Source of the DNA: Centroscyllium fabricii
Taxonomy: Eukaryota
Assembly: GCA_051313645.2 (NCBI GenBank)
Contig: JBNRSN020000006.1
Coordinates: forward strand, 55,180,001-55,244,000
Direction: 5' to 3'
DNA: 64,000 nt
Shown here: piece after piece, positions 37,996 to 50,291 of the stretch
Layout of the letters: each line of letters begins with the position of its first letter
Position numbering within the stretch: position 1 is the stretch's first letter
Made by a program: the position numbers and the translations under genes
The notes under the pieces: model-generated
Database searches by the model: none
What the model was told of the DNA's origin: nothing
What the model saw: the letters and a program-made list of their open reading frames with translations, nothing else

Positions 37996-38749
37996 ATTAA
38001 ATGCTGCTGCATATTTTCTGGGTATAAAGTATAAGCTTAATTTTGAGTTGAGAAAACAGCACATCAAACATTTAATCCAGATACTTTCCTGTAATGGTTA
38101 TACTTTTTTTACGTTGTTGAATACATTATTTCTGTTTTGAAATTCCTTTTCTTTTTAACTTCATCCCTCTTTCTACTGACCGTTCCATCAATGTGAACAT
38201 TTTGTGTTTTGCATTATCCATAAAAAACACAAGTGTAGGTTTAATGTTAGTGATTTATTTTAGCTTTTCCAGGTCAAGAGATGCCACCAGGTTGTCACAG
38301 AATGCATTTATCCAATCTCGGTTACAATTGATTTGGTGAACGCTTTCTTGCACGTAATATATGTGTAGGATGATAAACTATGTCAGCAATGTGGGCAGGT
38401 TTTACTTTGTGTGGACATAGGGCGGTGCCATTGCACAACCTGCCCAATGTCCTTGGCAGGAGGCCCAGACTTCAATTCCATTTGAATGACTAGCTGTGAG
38501 CACCTGTTGGAGTGGGAGGGAACTTCGGTGGCTCTTTAGCAAAGCTCAGCTGGAACTAATGGGTTAGTGGGGGGAGAGGAGACGAGTTGGATGGTCTTCC
38601 TGGCTCAAAGGACAGAAATTTAGCTGGTTTTGCCACAGCTTGCTTTGGTTAGGAAGCTCCCTATCTCGTAGCAATGGGTGAGGGTTTGCTATCTGTTCAT
38701 TGGTCACTTTGAAATTGTAAGCATTTTTACATAGAATTTACAGTACAGA

Positions 38750-38948
38750 AATGGGCCATTTTACCCAACTGGTCCATGTTTATGGTCCACACCAGTCTTC
38801 CCTGAAATACATCCATGCTTTTTGCCTCGACTACTCCCTGTGGTGGCGAGTTCCACATTCTAACCACTCTCTGGGTAAAGAGCTTGCTCCTGAATTTTTT
38901 TATTGGATTTATTAGTGACTATCTTGTATTTATGGCTCCTAGTTTGCA
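38750..38948 (-). mobile_element. Old CR1 3' fragment
   Basis: catagaatttacagtacagaaa tail. Similar to the reverse of 60330-60570. Confidence 0.65.
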
Positions 38949-39742
38949 TATTACAACTAGGGTTCTCACCTGCAACAGGCAGGTGTCTGGGCTGCCCATG
39001 TGAAGGTCCAAAGGAAATACTGGCAGGTGGAGTGGGAATGGGCATTGAGTTCAACCCCACAATACTTGAAACGCAACCGCCCGGTTCACGCCCAGCAGAG
39101 ACTGTGAACATCAGCTTCTATGTCTTGCATACACCACAGCGCACTGTTGAACCCTACTCGGCCTTTGTAGATAAAATGCTGCAACATGGGTCATGGAAAC
39201 TCTTCTTCTGACGCAGTAGAACAGTATGTACTTTTCCTGCCATATTTAATTTATATTATTAATTTCCAGGATATTCAGACCTGGCTTGCTAGCTTAAGAT
39301 AGACTCCAATTGCTGAATTTGGTTACGATAATATTAAACTTAATGTAATCCTAAAAGCTTTATTTCTGTAAAACAGAAAAAGTACTTCATAAAGACACTG
39401 TTGCATCTGATCTGTTGAGCTATGACTTGTTTTCTTTAAACAACATACATGCATTTCATTTCTTTGTGGTGCACTTTTGAAATGTTACTTTTTTTAAGTT
39501 AAAAACTGCACAATACATTGGGAACCAAATAATTATAAATAGCAAGAATGACTATATACTAAAAATCAGGAAAAAGGAAAATAAAAGTGCACTTACTAGG
39601 TCTGACTGTTGCTTATGAACTTGCAGTGCTGGTTATATACTGTTTAATTCAGTCTACAATACATTGATCCATTACTATCTTGCCTAACCATTTTATTTAT
39701 TTCTATTTATTAATGTGATTTATCATGGTTTATTTTTTGCAG

Positions 39743-39887
39743 CAGATGATATTAAGCCTTGCCCGCGATGTGCAGCGTACATAATAAAAATGAATGATGG
39801 AAGCTGTAATCACATGACTTGTGCAGTATGTGGTTGTGAATTCTGTTGGCTCTGTATGAAAGAAATCTCTGACCTGCACTATTTAAG
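39743..39887 (+). CDS. RNF19A: RNF19A coding exon 3: RING2/Rcat with the catalytic Cys (not in the ORF track)
   Basis: Acceptor tttttgcag. Reads (A)[47 protein letters not shown](S). Donor AG|gtaagt. 145 nt, phases 1 to 2. Confidence 0.96.
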
Positions 39888-39983
39888 GTAAGTCTTCAAC
39901 AGTAACTACATTTTGAAAACCTGATGATTTGAGATGTGAATATTTTAGGGTCTCCCCCCCCCCCCCCCGAAAGTGGAGGATAT

Positions 39984-41275
39984 CAACAACAACTTGCATT
40001 TATATAGTGTCTTCAGCATAGTAAAACGTCCCAAGGCCTTTCAAAGAGGTAGGTTTGAAGGAGCATCTTAAAGGAGGAGAGAGAGGTTTATGGAGGGAAT
40101 TCCGGAGCTTGGAGTCTAGACGGCTGATGGCACGGCTGCCAATGGCGGAGCCAAGAAAATCAGGGATATGGCCAGAAATGGAGGAGCACAGAGATTTCAG
40201 AGGATTGTTAGGGCTGGAGGAGGTTACAGAGGTGGTGAAGTGCAAGGCCATGGAGGAATTTGAAAACTAGGCTGAGAATTTTAAAATCGAGGTGTTGCTG
40301 GACCAGGAGCCAATTTGATCAGCTAGCACAGGAGTGATGGGTGAACGGGGCTTGGTGTGAGTTAGGATATGGGCAGCAGAGTTTTGGATTTGTTGGCTGC
40401 ACGGTGGCATAGTGGTTAGCACTGTTGCCTTACAGCACTAGAGACCTGGGTTGAAATCCGGCCTCGGGTGACTATCTGTGTGGAGTTTGCACATTCTCCC
40501 CATGTCTGTGTGGGTTTCCTCCGGGTGCTCCGATTTCCTCCCACAGTCCAAAGATGTGCGGGTTAGGTTGATTGGCCATGATACATTGACCCTTAGTGTT
40601 AGGGGGATTGAATATGTGGGGTTATGGGGATAGGGTGGGATATGTGTCGGTGCAGGCTCGATGGGGATCGAGGGATATGGGGACAAGGCAGGGACAGGGT
40701 ACTGGGTTTGGATGATCAGCCATGATCTGATTGAATGGCAGAGCAGGCTCGAAGGGCCGAATGGCCTACTCCTGCTCCTATCTTCTATGTTTTTCTATGG
40801 ATGAGCTCCAGTTTACACAGGGTGCAAGGTAGGAGGCCGGCCAGGAGTGCGTTGGAATAGTCAAGTCTAGAGGCAACCAAGGCATGGATGAGGATTTCAG
40901 CAGCGGATGAGCTGAGAAGGACGGAGACGGGCAATGTTATGGAGGTGAAAATAGGCCGTCTTGGTGATGAAGATGATATGTGGTCGGAAGCTCAGTTCAG
41001 GGTCAAATAGGACGCCAAGGATGTGAACGGTCAGGTTCAGTATCAGACAGTGGCTAGGACAAGGGATGGAGTTGGTGACCAGGGAATGGAGTTTGTGGTA
41101 GGGACTGAAGACTGTGACTTCAGTTTTCCCAATATTTAATTGGAGGAAATTTCTGCTCATCCAGTACCGGATGTTGGACAAGCGGTCTGACAAATGGGAG
41201 ACAGTGAAGGGGTCATGAGAGGTGGCTTTGAGGTTAGTACTGGGTGTCGTTGGTGTACATTTGGAACCTGACGTG
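39984..41275 (-). mobile_element. L2 LINE 3' fragment with nested V-SINE
   Basis: WMSRNFLQLNIGKTE, LGVLFDPELSF, KTAYFHLHNIARLRP. Tail (caa)n cttgcatttatatag. Confidence 0.88.
40395..40798 (+). mobile_element. V-SINE (HE1-like) nested in L2
   Basis: Same head, V domain and tail as 7622. The host L2 resumes afterwards, with a possible tggat duplication. Confidence 0.92.
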
Positions 41276-43002
41276 CTTTCTATGTCTGCATGCCTTTCCT
41301 ATGTCCACAGTTAGACTGGAAATAGCTTATACAAATGTGTGATGATGTAATTGTATCCTCCTGCAAGTAGAGGCACTGCAGCACCGCCACTGACAGGAAG
41401 TTGTAATTGTAGCACAACCTGTTTATGTAGGCAGTTGCCATTATAAATGTGGACCTGGGAACTTAAACTGGAAATGAGGAATTTTATTTAAAAATGGGAA
41501 TCGAATCATACCTGCATGTCTTAGTCCAATTATCCCCATGGCCCTAACCCTGCTTCACCTGAAGACTACACTTGGTCTTGACTTCCTTTGTGCAACGCAC
41601 AAGAGATTGACGAGTTAAAAATCTTGTTTGGGGTGCACAATTCCTGTCCACAATATCAGTATATTTGTTTCTCAGTCCTGTCATATTTACTATCATAAAT
41701 GACTGTCAACTGTCACAGTGTAGTTGCAAATGTTGGCCACTCGGCAGTTCTGTGGAATGAGTTTCTAACATGACTCTTAACTTCATTGCCATCCTGTATT
41801 ATAAAAGCTTGTATTCATCAACTGACTGCAGGGAATGCCACATGTAATTTACTGTTATTTAGTGGAAATGGCTGTGTATGTCGAATGCTCGACTGGGTTT
41901 GGCTTATCCTTTCTAAAATGCAACATAAATGGGATTGGAAATTTTTATCTTGGTTACTTATTAGTGGGGCGACTTAAAAATCCAGTTCCATTTTATTAAA
42001 TTGGATTCAGAGATTTTTACTGATGTTGTGGGAATTGCATATATGAGACCTGCTGCTACAATGCAGGATATCTTCATACGGAGGACACACTCCATTGTGT
42101 TGTGTGGCACTACCACCGTGCTAGATTCCGGCACACAGACGATGGGCCAAAAAGCCTTCTGTGTGTAAACTTCTATGAAATGGGCTAGATTCAGAACAGA
42201 TCTAGCAGCTCAAAACGGGGCATCCCTGAGACGCTGTGGGCCATCAGCAGCAGAATTGTATTTCACCGCAATCTGTAACCTCATGGCCTGGCATATCTCT
42301 CACTCTACAATTACCATCAAGCCAAGGGACCAACCCTGGTTTAAGGAGGAGTGTGCAAGAGCATGCCAGGAGCAGCACCAGGCATACCTAAAAATGAAGT
42401 GCCAACCTGCTGAAGGTACAACACAGGACTACATACATGCTTATCAGCATGCTATGAACAGAGCTAATCGATCCCACAGTCAATGGATCAGATCAAAGGT
42501 TTGCAGTCCTGCCACATCAGTGGTGGACAACTTAACAACTAACTGGAGGAGGAGGCGGCTCCATGAACATCCCCATCCTCAATGATGCACATGAGTGCAA
42601 AAGCTAAGGCTGAAGCATTCGCGACCATCTTCAGCCAGAAGTGCCGAGTGGATGATCCATCTTGGCCTGAGGTCCCCACCATCACAGAAGCCAGACTTCA
42701 GCCAATTCGATTCACTCCACATGATATCAAGAAACGGCTGAGCACATAGCAAAGGCTGTGGGACCAGACAACATCCCGACTGTCGTGCTGAAGACTTGTG
42801 CTCCAAAACTAGCTGCGCCTCTAGCCAAGCTGTTCCAGTACAGCTACAACACTGGCATCTACCCGACAATGTGGAAAACTGCCCAAGTATGTCCTGTCCA
42901 CAAAAACACCACTTTCTCACGAATAACTTGCTCACTGATGCTCAGTTTGGGTTCTGCCAGGACCACTCGTTTCCATGCCTCATTACAGCCTTCATCCAGA
43001 CA

Positions 43003-43405
43003 TGGGGTGGCACGGTGGCATAGTGGTTAGCACTGTTGCCTCACAGCTCTGGAGACCCGGGTTCAAATCCAGCCTCGGGTACTATCTGTGTGGAGTTTGC
43101 ACATTCTCCCCGTGTCTGCGTGGGTTTCCTCCGGGTGCTCCGGTTTCCTCCCACAGTCCAAAGATGTGCGGGTTAGGTTGATTGGCTATGGTAAAATTGA
43201 CCCTTAGTGTTAGGGATTGAATATGTGGGGTTGCAGGGATAGGGTGCGATATGGGTCGGTGCAGGCAAGATAGGGATCGAGGGATATGGGGACAAGGCAG
43301 GGACAGGGTACTGGGTTTGGATGATCAGCCATGATCTCATTGAATGGCAGAGCAGGCTCGAAGGGCCGAATGGCCTACTCCTGCTCCTATCTTCTATGTT
43401 TCTAT
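43003..43405 (+). mobile_element. V-SINE (HE1-like) nested in the LINE
   Basis: Same structure as 7622. The host sequence cagacatgg|acaaaagagc is split, with an atgg duplication. Confidence 0.92.
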
Positions 43406-43581
43406 GGACAAAAGAGCTGAATTCTGAAGGCAAGGGTGACTGCCCTTGACATCAAGGCAGCATTTGGCCGAGTGTGGCATCAAGCAACCCTAGTAAAAAT
43501 TTAAGTCAATGGGAATCGGGGGTGGAGGAGTGGGGGGGAACTCTCCATTAGCTGGAGTCATCCAAGCACAAAGGAAGAAGG

Positions 43582-44507
43582 AAGATAGAATATAATGTGG
43601 ATAAATGCGAGGTTATCCACTTTGGTGTCAAAAACAGGAAGGCAAATTATTATCTAAATGGCAATAGATTGGGAGAAGGGGAAGTGCAATGGGACCTGGG
43701 TGTCCTTGTACACCAGTCACTGAAAGTAAGCATGCAGGTGCAACAGGCGGCTAAGAAGGCAAATGGCATGTTGGCCTTCGTAGCGAGAAGGTTTGAGTAC
43801 AGGAACAAGGATGTCTTGCTGCAGTTGTACAGGGCCTTGGTGAGACCACATCTTGGGTATTGTGTGCAGTTTTGGTCACCTTATCTGAGGAAGGATGTTC
43901 CTGCCATGGAGGGAGTGCAGCGAAGATTCACCAGGTTGACTTATGAGTAGCGATTGGGTCGATTGGGCTTATACTTGTGGGAGTTTAGAAGAATGAGAGG
44001 GGATCTCATTGAAACTTATAAAATTCAAACAGGACTAGACAGACTAGATGCAGGAAGGATGTTCCTGATGGTCAGGGAGTCCAGAACCAGGGGTCACAGT
44101 CTAAGGATAAGTGGTAAGCCATTTAGGACAGAGATGAGGAATTTCTTCACCCAGAGAGTGGTGAACTTCTGGATTCTCTACCACAGAAGACCATAGAGGC
44201 CAATTCATTAAATATATTCAAGAAGGAGTTGGATGTATTTCTTAAGGCTAAAGGGATCTAGGGAGAAGGATGAAAAAGGATACAGAGTTTGGATGATCAG
44301 CCATGGTCTCATTGAATGGTTGGAGCAGGCTCAAGGGGACGAATGGCCTACTCCTGCTCCTATCTTCTATGTTTCTATGTAAGGGATATGGAGAGAAGGC
44401 AGGGACAGGGTACTGAAATTGAATGATCAGCCATGATCGCATTGAACGGCAGAGCAGGCTCGAGGGGCTGAATGGCCTACTCCTGCTCCTATCTTCTATG
44501 TTTCTAT
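43582..44507 (+). mobile_element. Young CR1 3' fragment with a doubled 3' UTR, nested in the older LINE
   Basis: DKCEVIHFG, LVRPHLGYCVQFWSP. Two successive tails end at about 44379 and 44507. Confidence 0.9.
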
Positions 44508-46519
44508 ATAGTTGTGGTTGTTGGAGGCCAATCATCTTAGTCCCAGGACATCGCTACAGGAGTTCCTCAGGTTGGTTTCCTAGGCCCGACCATCTTCAAC
44601 TGCTTCATCAATGACTTTCCATCCTCATAAGGTCAGAAGCGGGGATGTTCGCTGATGATTGCACAGTGTTCCACTCCGCAACTCCTCAGATAATGTAACA
44701 GTCCGTGCCCACGTGCAGCAAGACGTGGACACCATTCAGGTATGGGCTGATAAGTGGCAAATAACATTTGCGCCACACATGCCAGGCAATGACCATCTCC
44801 AACAGAGAGAGTCTAACCACCGCCCTTTGACATTCAACAGCATTACCATTGCCGAATCCCCCACCATCAACATCCTGGGGGGGTCACCATTGCGCAGCAA
44901 CTTAACTGGACCAGCCACACATACTGTGCCTACAAGAGCTGGGTATTCTGAGGCGAGTGTCTCAACTCCTGACTCCCCAAAGCCTTTCCACCATCTGAGG
45001 CACAAGTCAGGAGTGTGATGGAATACTCTCCACTTGCCTGGATGAGTGCAGCTCCAACAACACTCAAGAAACTTGACGCCATCCAGAACAAAGCAGTCTG
45101 CTTGATTGGCACCCCATCCATCACCTTAAACATTCACTCCCTCCACCACCGGCATACCGTGGCTGCAATGTGTACCATCCACAAGGTACACTGCAGCAAT
45201 TTGCCAAGCCTTTTTCAACAGCATATCCCAAAGCTGCGACCTCTACCTTCTAGAAGGTCAAGGACAGCAGGCGCATGGGAAAACCACCACCTCCAAGTGA
45301 CACACCATTCTGACTTGGATACACATCACCGTTCCTTCAAATTCCTGGAACTCCCTCCCCAACAGCAGTGTGGGAGTACCTTCACCACACGGACTGCTGC
45401 AGTTCATGAAGGCAGCTCACCACCACCTTGAGGCCAATTAGGGGTGGGCATTAAATGCTGGCCTTGCCGGCGACGCCCACTTCCCATGACCGAATATATA
45501 TTTGAAAAACAGAAGGTGCATAGTTCAGTATTACAGGGCTTACATAATGGCTGCTTTATGCACAGTATTCCAGTTTTCCTAATTTAAAATTCCTGTTATT
45601 TTCACAATAGCTTACTGCAATTTTCTACGATCTGTGTAAAGGCAGCCATTTACAGCACTTCAGGTATACTAAAGTGACCCCAAAAACCTAAATGAAATGG
45701 AAAATGCGTTACCTAATGAGAACAAAACCAGTTTATTTCCTTAATGTTTCTGGTGTTGTATGGTTAAGCGAATCCCATATTTAGCTTCTATCTCATCCTC
45801 AACAGCACATTTTTTTCTTTGTTCTGTCAGTATGCTTAGCAACAGAGGTATGTTTAGATTGATCTATGGATAGATGTGCCCAGAACTTTGATAAAACTGC
45901 CATGCTTTGTAATTGGAAATTTCTGGTGGAAAATTAAATAGTTACAGCCTCAATTATCAGGGTGTTGGGCTGCCAGCAACTCATAAGTTTCAGTATAGTA
46001 TTGACATCACATCAACCATATGGTTTTTGAAATGGTGCAACAAATAAATAGTGACTTGTACCCTGATTATAAATTATATTTCAAGCACTTGCAACTTTGG
46101 TAGAAATATGAAGCAAAGACAAACAACTTTCTGAGATTCCGTTCTTTGAGTCACATCCCACTGCATTCTGAATCATTCTTACAATGTCCATTAGATCATC
46201 TCTATGGCAATGACTCATCAAATCAGCAGCATACAGCATGTTTGTTAGAGAAATTATTTAGAGTAAGTTGGGCGAATCTGTAGCAGGTTTTGGAGGGTTG
46301 GGTGGAAGATGGCACCTGGGTGGATACAGCAGGATCAAGGGTTCATGCACGTCACCAGTGCCAAATTCAAAGTGACAACATTGTTTTTTTGTGGAAATGG
46401 AACAGAAGGCTTGGTTATTAATTTCTTTATCAGCAAATTGGCAATCAATCATTTTTTTTAAATCACAAAGTGGATCCAAACATATTTTTGCTCATCTTGT
46501 ATCCAGGTGCCTAGAGGTA

Positions 46520-47044
46520 CAGGTTGAGCACCAGTAATCCGTAACCCAAAAAACCGGCAGCTTCGAACGTCCAGCAATAATTTCCCCGACTGCGCCGCGC
46601 ATGCGCAAAGTGGCCACCGCGATTGATGCTTTGGTGACTGATCTGTGCATGCGCCGCCAAACGGTGAGCACATGCGCAGATCATTCACTGGCCCTCCGAG
46701 CCCCGCCCAGCCTCTCCGAGCCCCGCCCAGCCTCTCCGAGCCCCGCCCAGCCTCTCTGAGCCCCGCCCAGCCTCTCTGCCTCTCCGAGCCCCGCCCTGCC
46801 TCACCTCTCGGAGCACAGCCTCGCGCGTCCAAGCCCAACCTCGCCGGGCCTCTCTCCGAGCCGATTCCGGGCCTCCCCGAATGACAAGCGCATGCGCAGA
46901 CCACACAAAATGGCCGCCAGCCTTTTGCGGTGGCCATTTTGAATGGTCTGCGCATGCGCTCACGGACGCTTCAATCGTTCGGGGTTTTCACTTTCCCGGC
47001 ATGGGCCTGGTCCCGCCTGTGCCGGATTAACGGTGCTCAACCTG
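46520..47044 (-). mobile_element. pogo/Tigger-like MITE copy 4, with a 20-bp tandem core
   Basis: TA|CAGGTTGAGCACC...GGTGCTCAACCTG|TA. (gagccccgcccagcctctcc)n at about 46695-46795. Confidence 0.9.
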
Positions 47045-47402
47045 TACCACATGGTTCTTATTACTTTTAAGAATTAAAAAAATACATTTTTTTAGTTAAT
47101 TTGAAGTTTTGTAGTGTTAACAAGAATAAAGGAGTAACTGACAGCTATTGTAAAGTTCTTGTCATTTACAATGCTTTCTGCATTCATTACCTAAAAGATA
47201 AATTTCAATCTATGGAAAACTCAATGTTGCATACAATAATCTTTTTAAGCAACATGACTTATTGACTGTTCTGAATGATCTCTGCAACATTTGTATGGCA
47301 TTTATTTATTGGGAGAAGCTGAAAGAGTGTTTTTAGATATATAAATGCACTACATGGTTTTGCTTTTGACTGTTTGTGTTTAGCCTGGTCTTCCTTAACC
47401 TT

Positions 47403-47562
47403 TGCAAGAAGTCACACAACACCAGATTTATAGTCCAACGGTTTTATTTTAAATCACAAGCTTTCGGAGCGCTGATTTAAAATAAAACCGTTGGACTATA
47501 AATCTGGTGTTGTGACTTCTTGCATTTGTCCACCCCAGTCCAACACCGGCACCTCCGCATTA
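47403..47562. mobile_element. Penelope-derived fold-back insert, copy 5 (hammerhead core absent)
   Basis: 12-bp TSD ttccttaacctt at 47391-47402 and 47563-47574. Inverted arms of about 50 bp. Confidence 0.85.
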
Positions 47563-49275
47563 TTCCTTAACCTTGTAAAGTTTGCCTTTCTGGCACCAAA
47601 ACTGTAATTAATTTTCGTCCCCAGTAGATTCTAGTCAGTTCCTCAGTCTTGTACAAGACCATATGCAGGAAACATTCACAACCTGTCATTCACACGAGAG
47701 TGTGTGAGATAGAGCACTTTAATGGAATACTCTCCGATGAGATCTTGAGTGGTAAAGGGAAAAATATTCTCCATCCTTATTTTTCTTTATATTTCAACAA
47801 TTTTTTTAACTATCCAAACAGCTGCCACAATAGCTCAGTTGGTGAAGGTAAATTTAATCAAGACACATACATACATAAGCCAGAAGGTTCCAAGTTCAAT
47901 TTCCAATCTGTGCATCTAGGGCCGCAGTTAGGGTGCTCCAACGGGCTTCAGTTCCCCTGGGCTAAGGACGGGGAGAAATAGCGAATATTCTGGCTCCAGA
48001 TCACTCTGCATTGATGCAAATGGGGACTTTGAGTGAGTCCAGAATTGAGTTTGGATATAATGCTCCCTGCGGTTGAATAGTCTGTCTCTCTCTCTCTGTT
48101 CACACTCAGTGTGCAGAATGTCAACTTGTGCACGGTGCCAGAAGGTTGCTGACACTTGTACAGCTCTGCCAGCAGAAATCAGTGCCAGCAGGAGAAAAAA
48201 AGGGGAGGAAGCTGTCTGTCTGGAAAGAAAGCTCTGACCAGGCAGGCGCCAGTTCCCAATCAGGGCGACCACATTTGTGACGCTTGAGATGAGGCATGGA
48301 AGCGTGACCTTTTATTGCGTGGCATCGGCTCCCTGGTTCCAACCTCAAACACAACAATGGTAGCTGTGACTGATTGGAAGTTCAACCAGTTTTTGAGTTT
48401 TTGAACCATTTCGCTTTGAAATGTTTTTAGTTCAAATGGTTGGTCTTTCTGGGGCCCCTCTGATCTACATCAGAAGTCAGCAGCTATTTTTTTTCTAATC
48501 AGAACAACTTGGTTTCTTTTCCACTGGTAAGTAGACCAAGGAGGAGAACGGGAATGGAAACGGATGAAAATTGATTTGAGGGATAATGAGGGAGAAGTGG
48601 AAACAAACAAAGGAACTTGCAATTAACGCTCCATCATGTGAGCAGTCTGACAGGAAAATGAGCCAGATTTCTAAAGCATTTCATCATAATTGCAATAATT
48701 TAGCCTGTCCAAAGAGAAGGTATCCGACTCGTGTTTCAGTTGATAACTAAGTGCCATTAATACGACAGTTCTCCCTGCTACTTGAAAGCAAAGTGATGGA
48801 ACTGCTTTATTAGTTGTCTTAGTTGCTGTCCTTCGGTTCAGTTTTTGTGATTTTGCTGAATGCAATTTGGCATCCTACCGAAACCGTTAATTAAATCAAC
48901 ATGCGGCTACAAATTAAGAAGCACAAATTCTGTTTGTGTAGCTGTTGCAGTGGTTTGTTCAGATCATCTGTGACATTAACTAATTTCAAGGGTGATCCAG
49001 TTGTCTCAATCTATAATTGAAATGTTATGAAAACTGGTTGAAAAATCAATTGTTTAAACCTCCTCTCCAGGAAATTACATTAACCATGGATTTCAAATGA
49101 CAAATGATCTTTCATTTTCCAGTACTTGAATATTTTAAGTATCTTTTTTCCATAATGTGCATATTTTTGAAATGACTTGAATAAAAAAATTTTTTTTTTT
49201 TTTTTTTTTTTTTAAACAGTCAATGTGTCCTTTTTTGCTAACTTTTGTTTTTATCTCCTGTGCATCTCTTTCTAG

Positions 49276-49438
49276 TCCTTCTGGCTGCACGTTTTGGGGA
49301 AAGAAACCTTGGAGTCGTAAAAAGAAGATTCTGTGGCAGCTGGGCACGTTGGTTGGTGCTCCAGTCGGAATAGCTCTCATTGCAGGGATTGCCATTCCAG
49401 CCATGATCATTGGCATTCCTGTATATGTAGGCCGAAAG
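49276..49438 (+). CDS. RNF19A: RNF19A coding exon 4: first hydrophobic/transmembrane segment
   Basis: Acceptor ctctttctag. Reads (S)[54 protein letters not shown]. Donor AAG|gtacag. 163 nt, phases 2 to 0. Confidence 0.96.
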
Positions 49439-50291
49439 GTACAGTGTAGACATTGGTATTTAAAGTGCTTCAAAACATGCTGTGCTGATTTGGAACCAAG
49501 TATTTAATGCAGGGTAAATTTCCTGATGGCAGTTAAAGCTGCAGTACCTCCTGGAGGACTTGGAATTCACTTTGTTCCTGAATTTTGATTCCTGGATCCA
49601 AAGCAGAATAACTATTAAATAACTAGTACTGTAAGTGAGGGCCCCCACAATAGTACTGTAGCTAGTGCTGCCCTGGTAAAGAAGGTTTCTTAATGCTCAA
49701 ACATGGTTAGAAGTACTTTCTCAGTAGAGGTTCCTTCTGCTTTAATGTTTAATGACCATGGAACCTCCGAATTACTCATTTTTAAAGGCGGATTTGATTT
49801 TTTGGCGAGGGTGGAGGGTGAGAAGGCAAGACACTGGGGATTAGGGTAGGGAGAGGAAAACCTCATATATAGCCTTGAGGACTGCAGTGTATGTTTTGTA
49901 CCAATTTGTTGCTGGCAATCCAGTAAATTTCAGAAACATTTTAAATTCCTCTTCTACTTTGTGTGACATTGTAAATAGTTCAGCTGTTGCAAGACGTATA
50001 GCACTGCCAAAAAAAAGTATGAGAATTATTGTGAACAACACAACAATGATTTTTCATGACAAATCATTAACACAACCATTTTTTAAAAAAAAGTTCAAGG
50101 CCTATTCTAAATTTGAATAAAATTAACATATTCCTCAAGAGAAAAGGTTTCTGTGCAGTAGACTCAGTTTTAAAAAAAATATATAAAACTCTTATTTTCA
50201 GTTTGCCATGAGGCAGCTCTACAGGAAATGTCAATAGTAGTGAGTTGAACATATAGGATCCTCACCACCTGGTTAACATTGTGCTTACCTT

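Larger units (their letters stand above)
42070..45500 (+). mobile_element. Old CR1/L2-group LINE (distinct family) with internal deletions and nested inserts
   Basis: DQPWF, GPDNIPTVVLKTCAPKLAAPLAKLFQYS...WKTAQVCPVHK, QFGF, LDIKAAF, MFADD, MEYSPLAW and KLDAIQNKA remnants. Confidence 0.85.
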
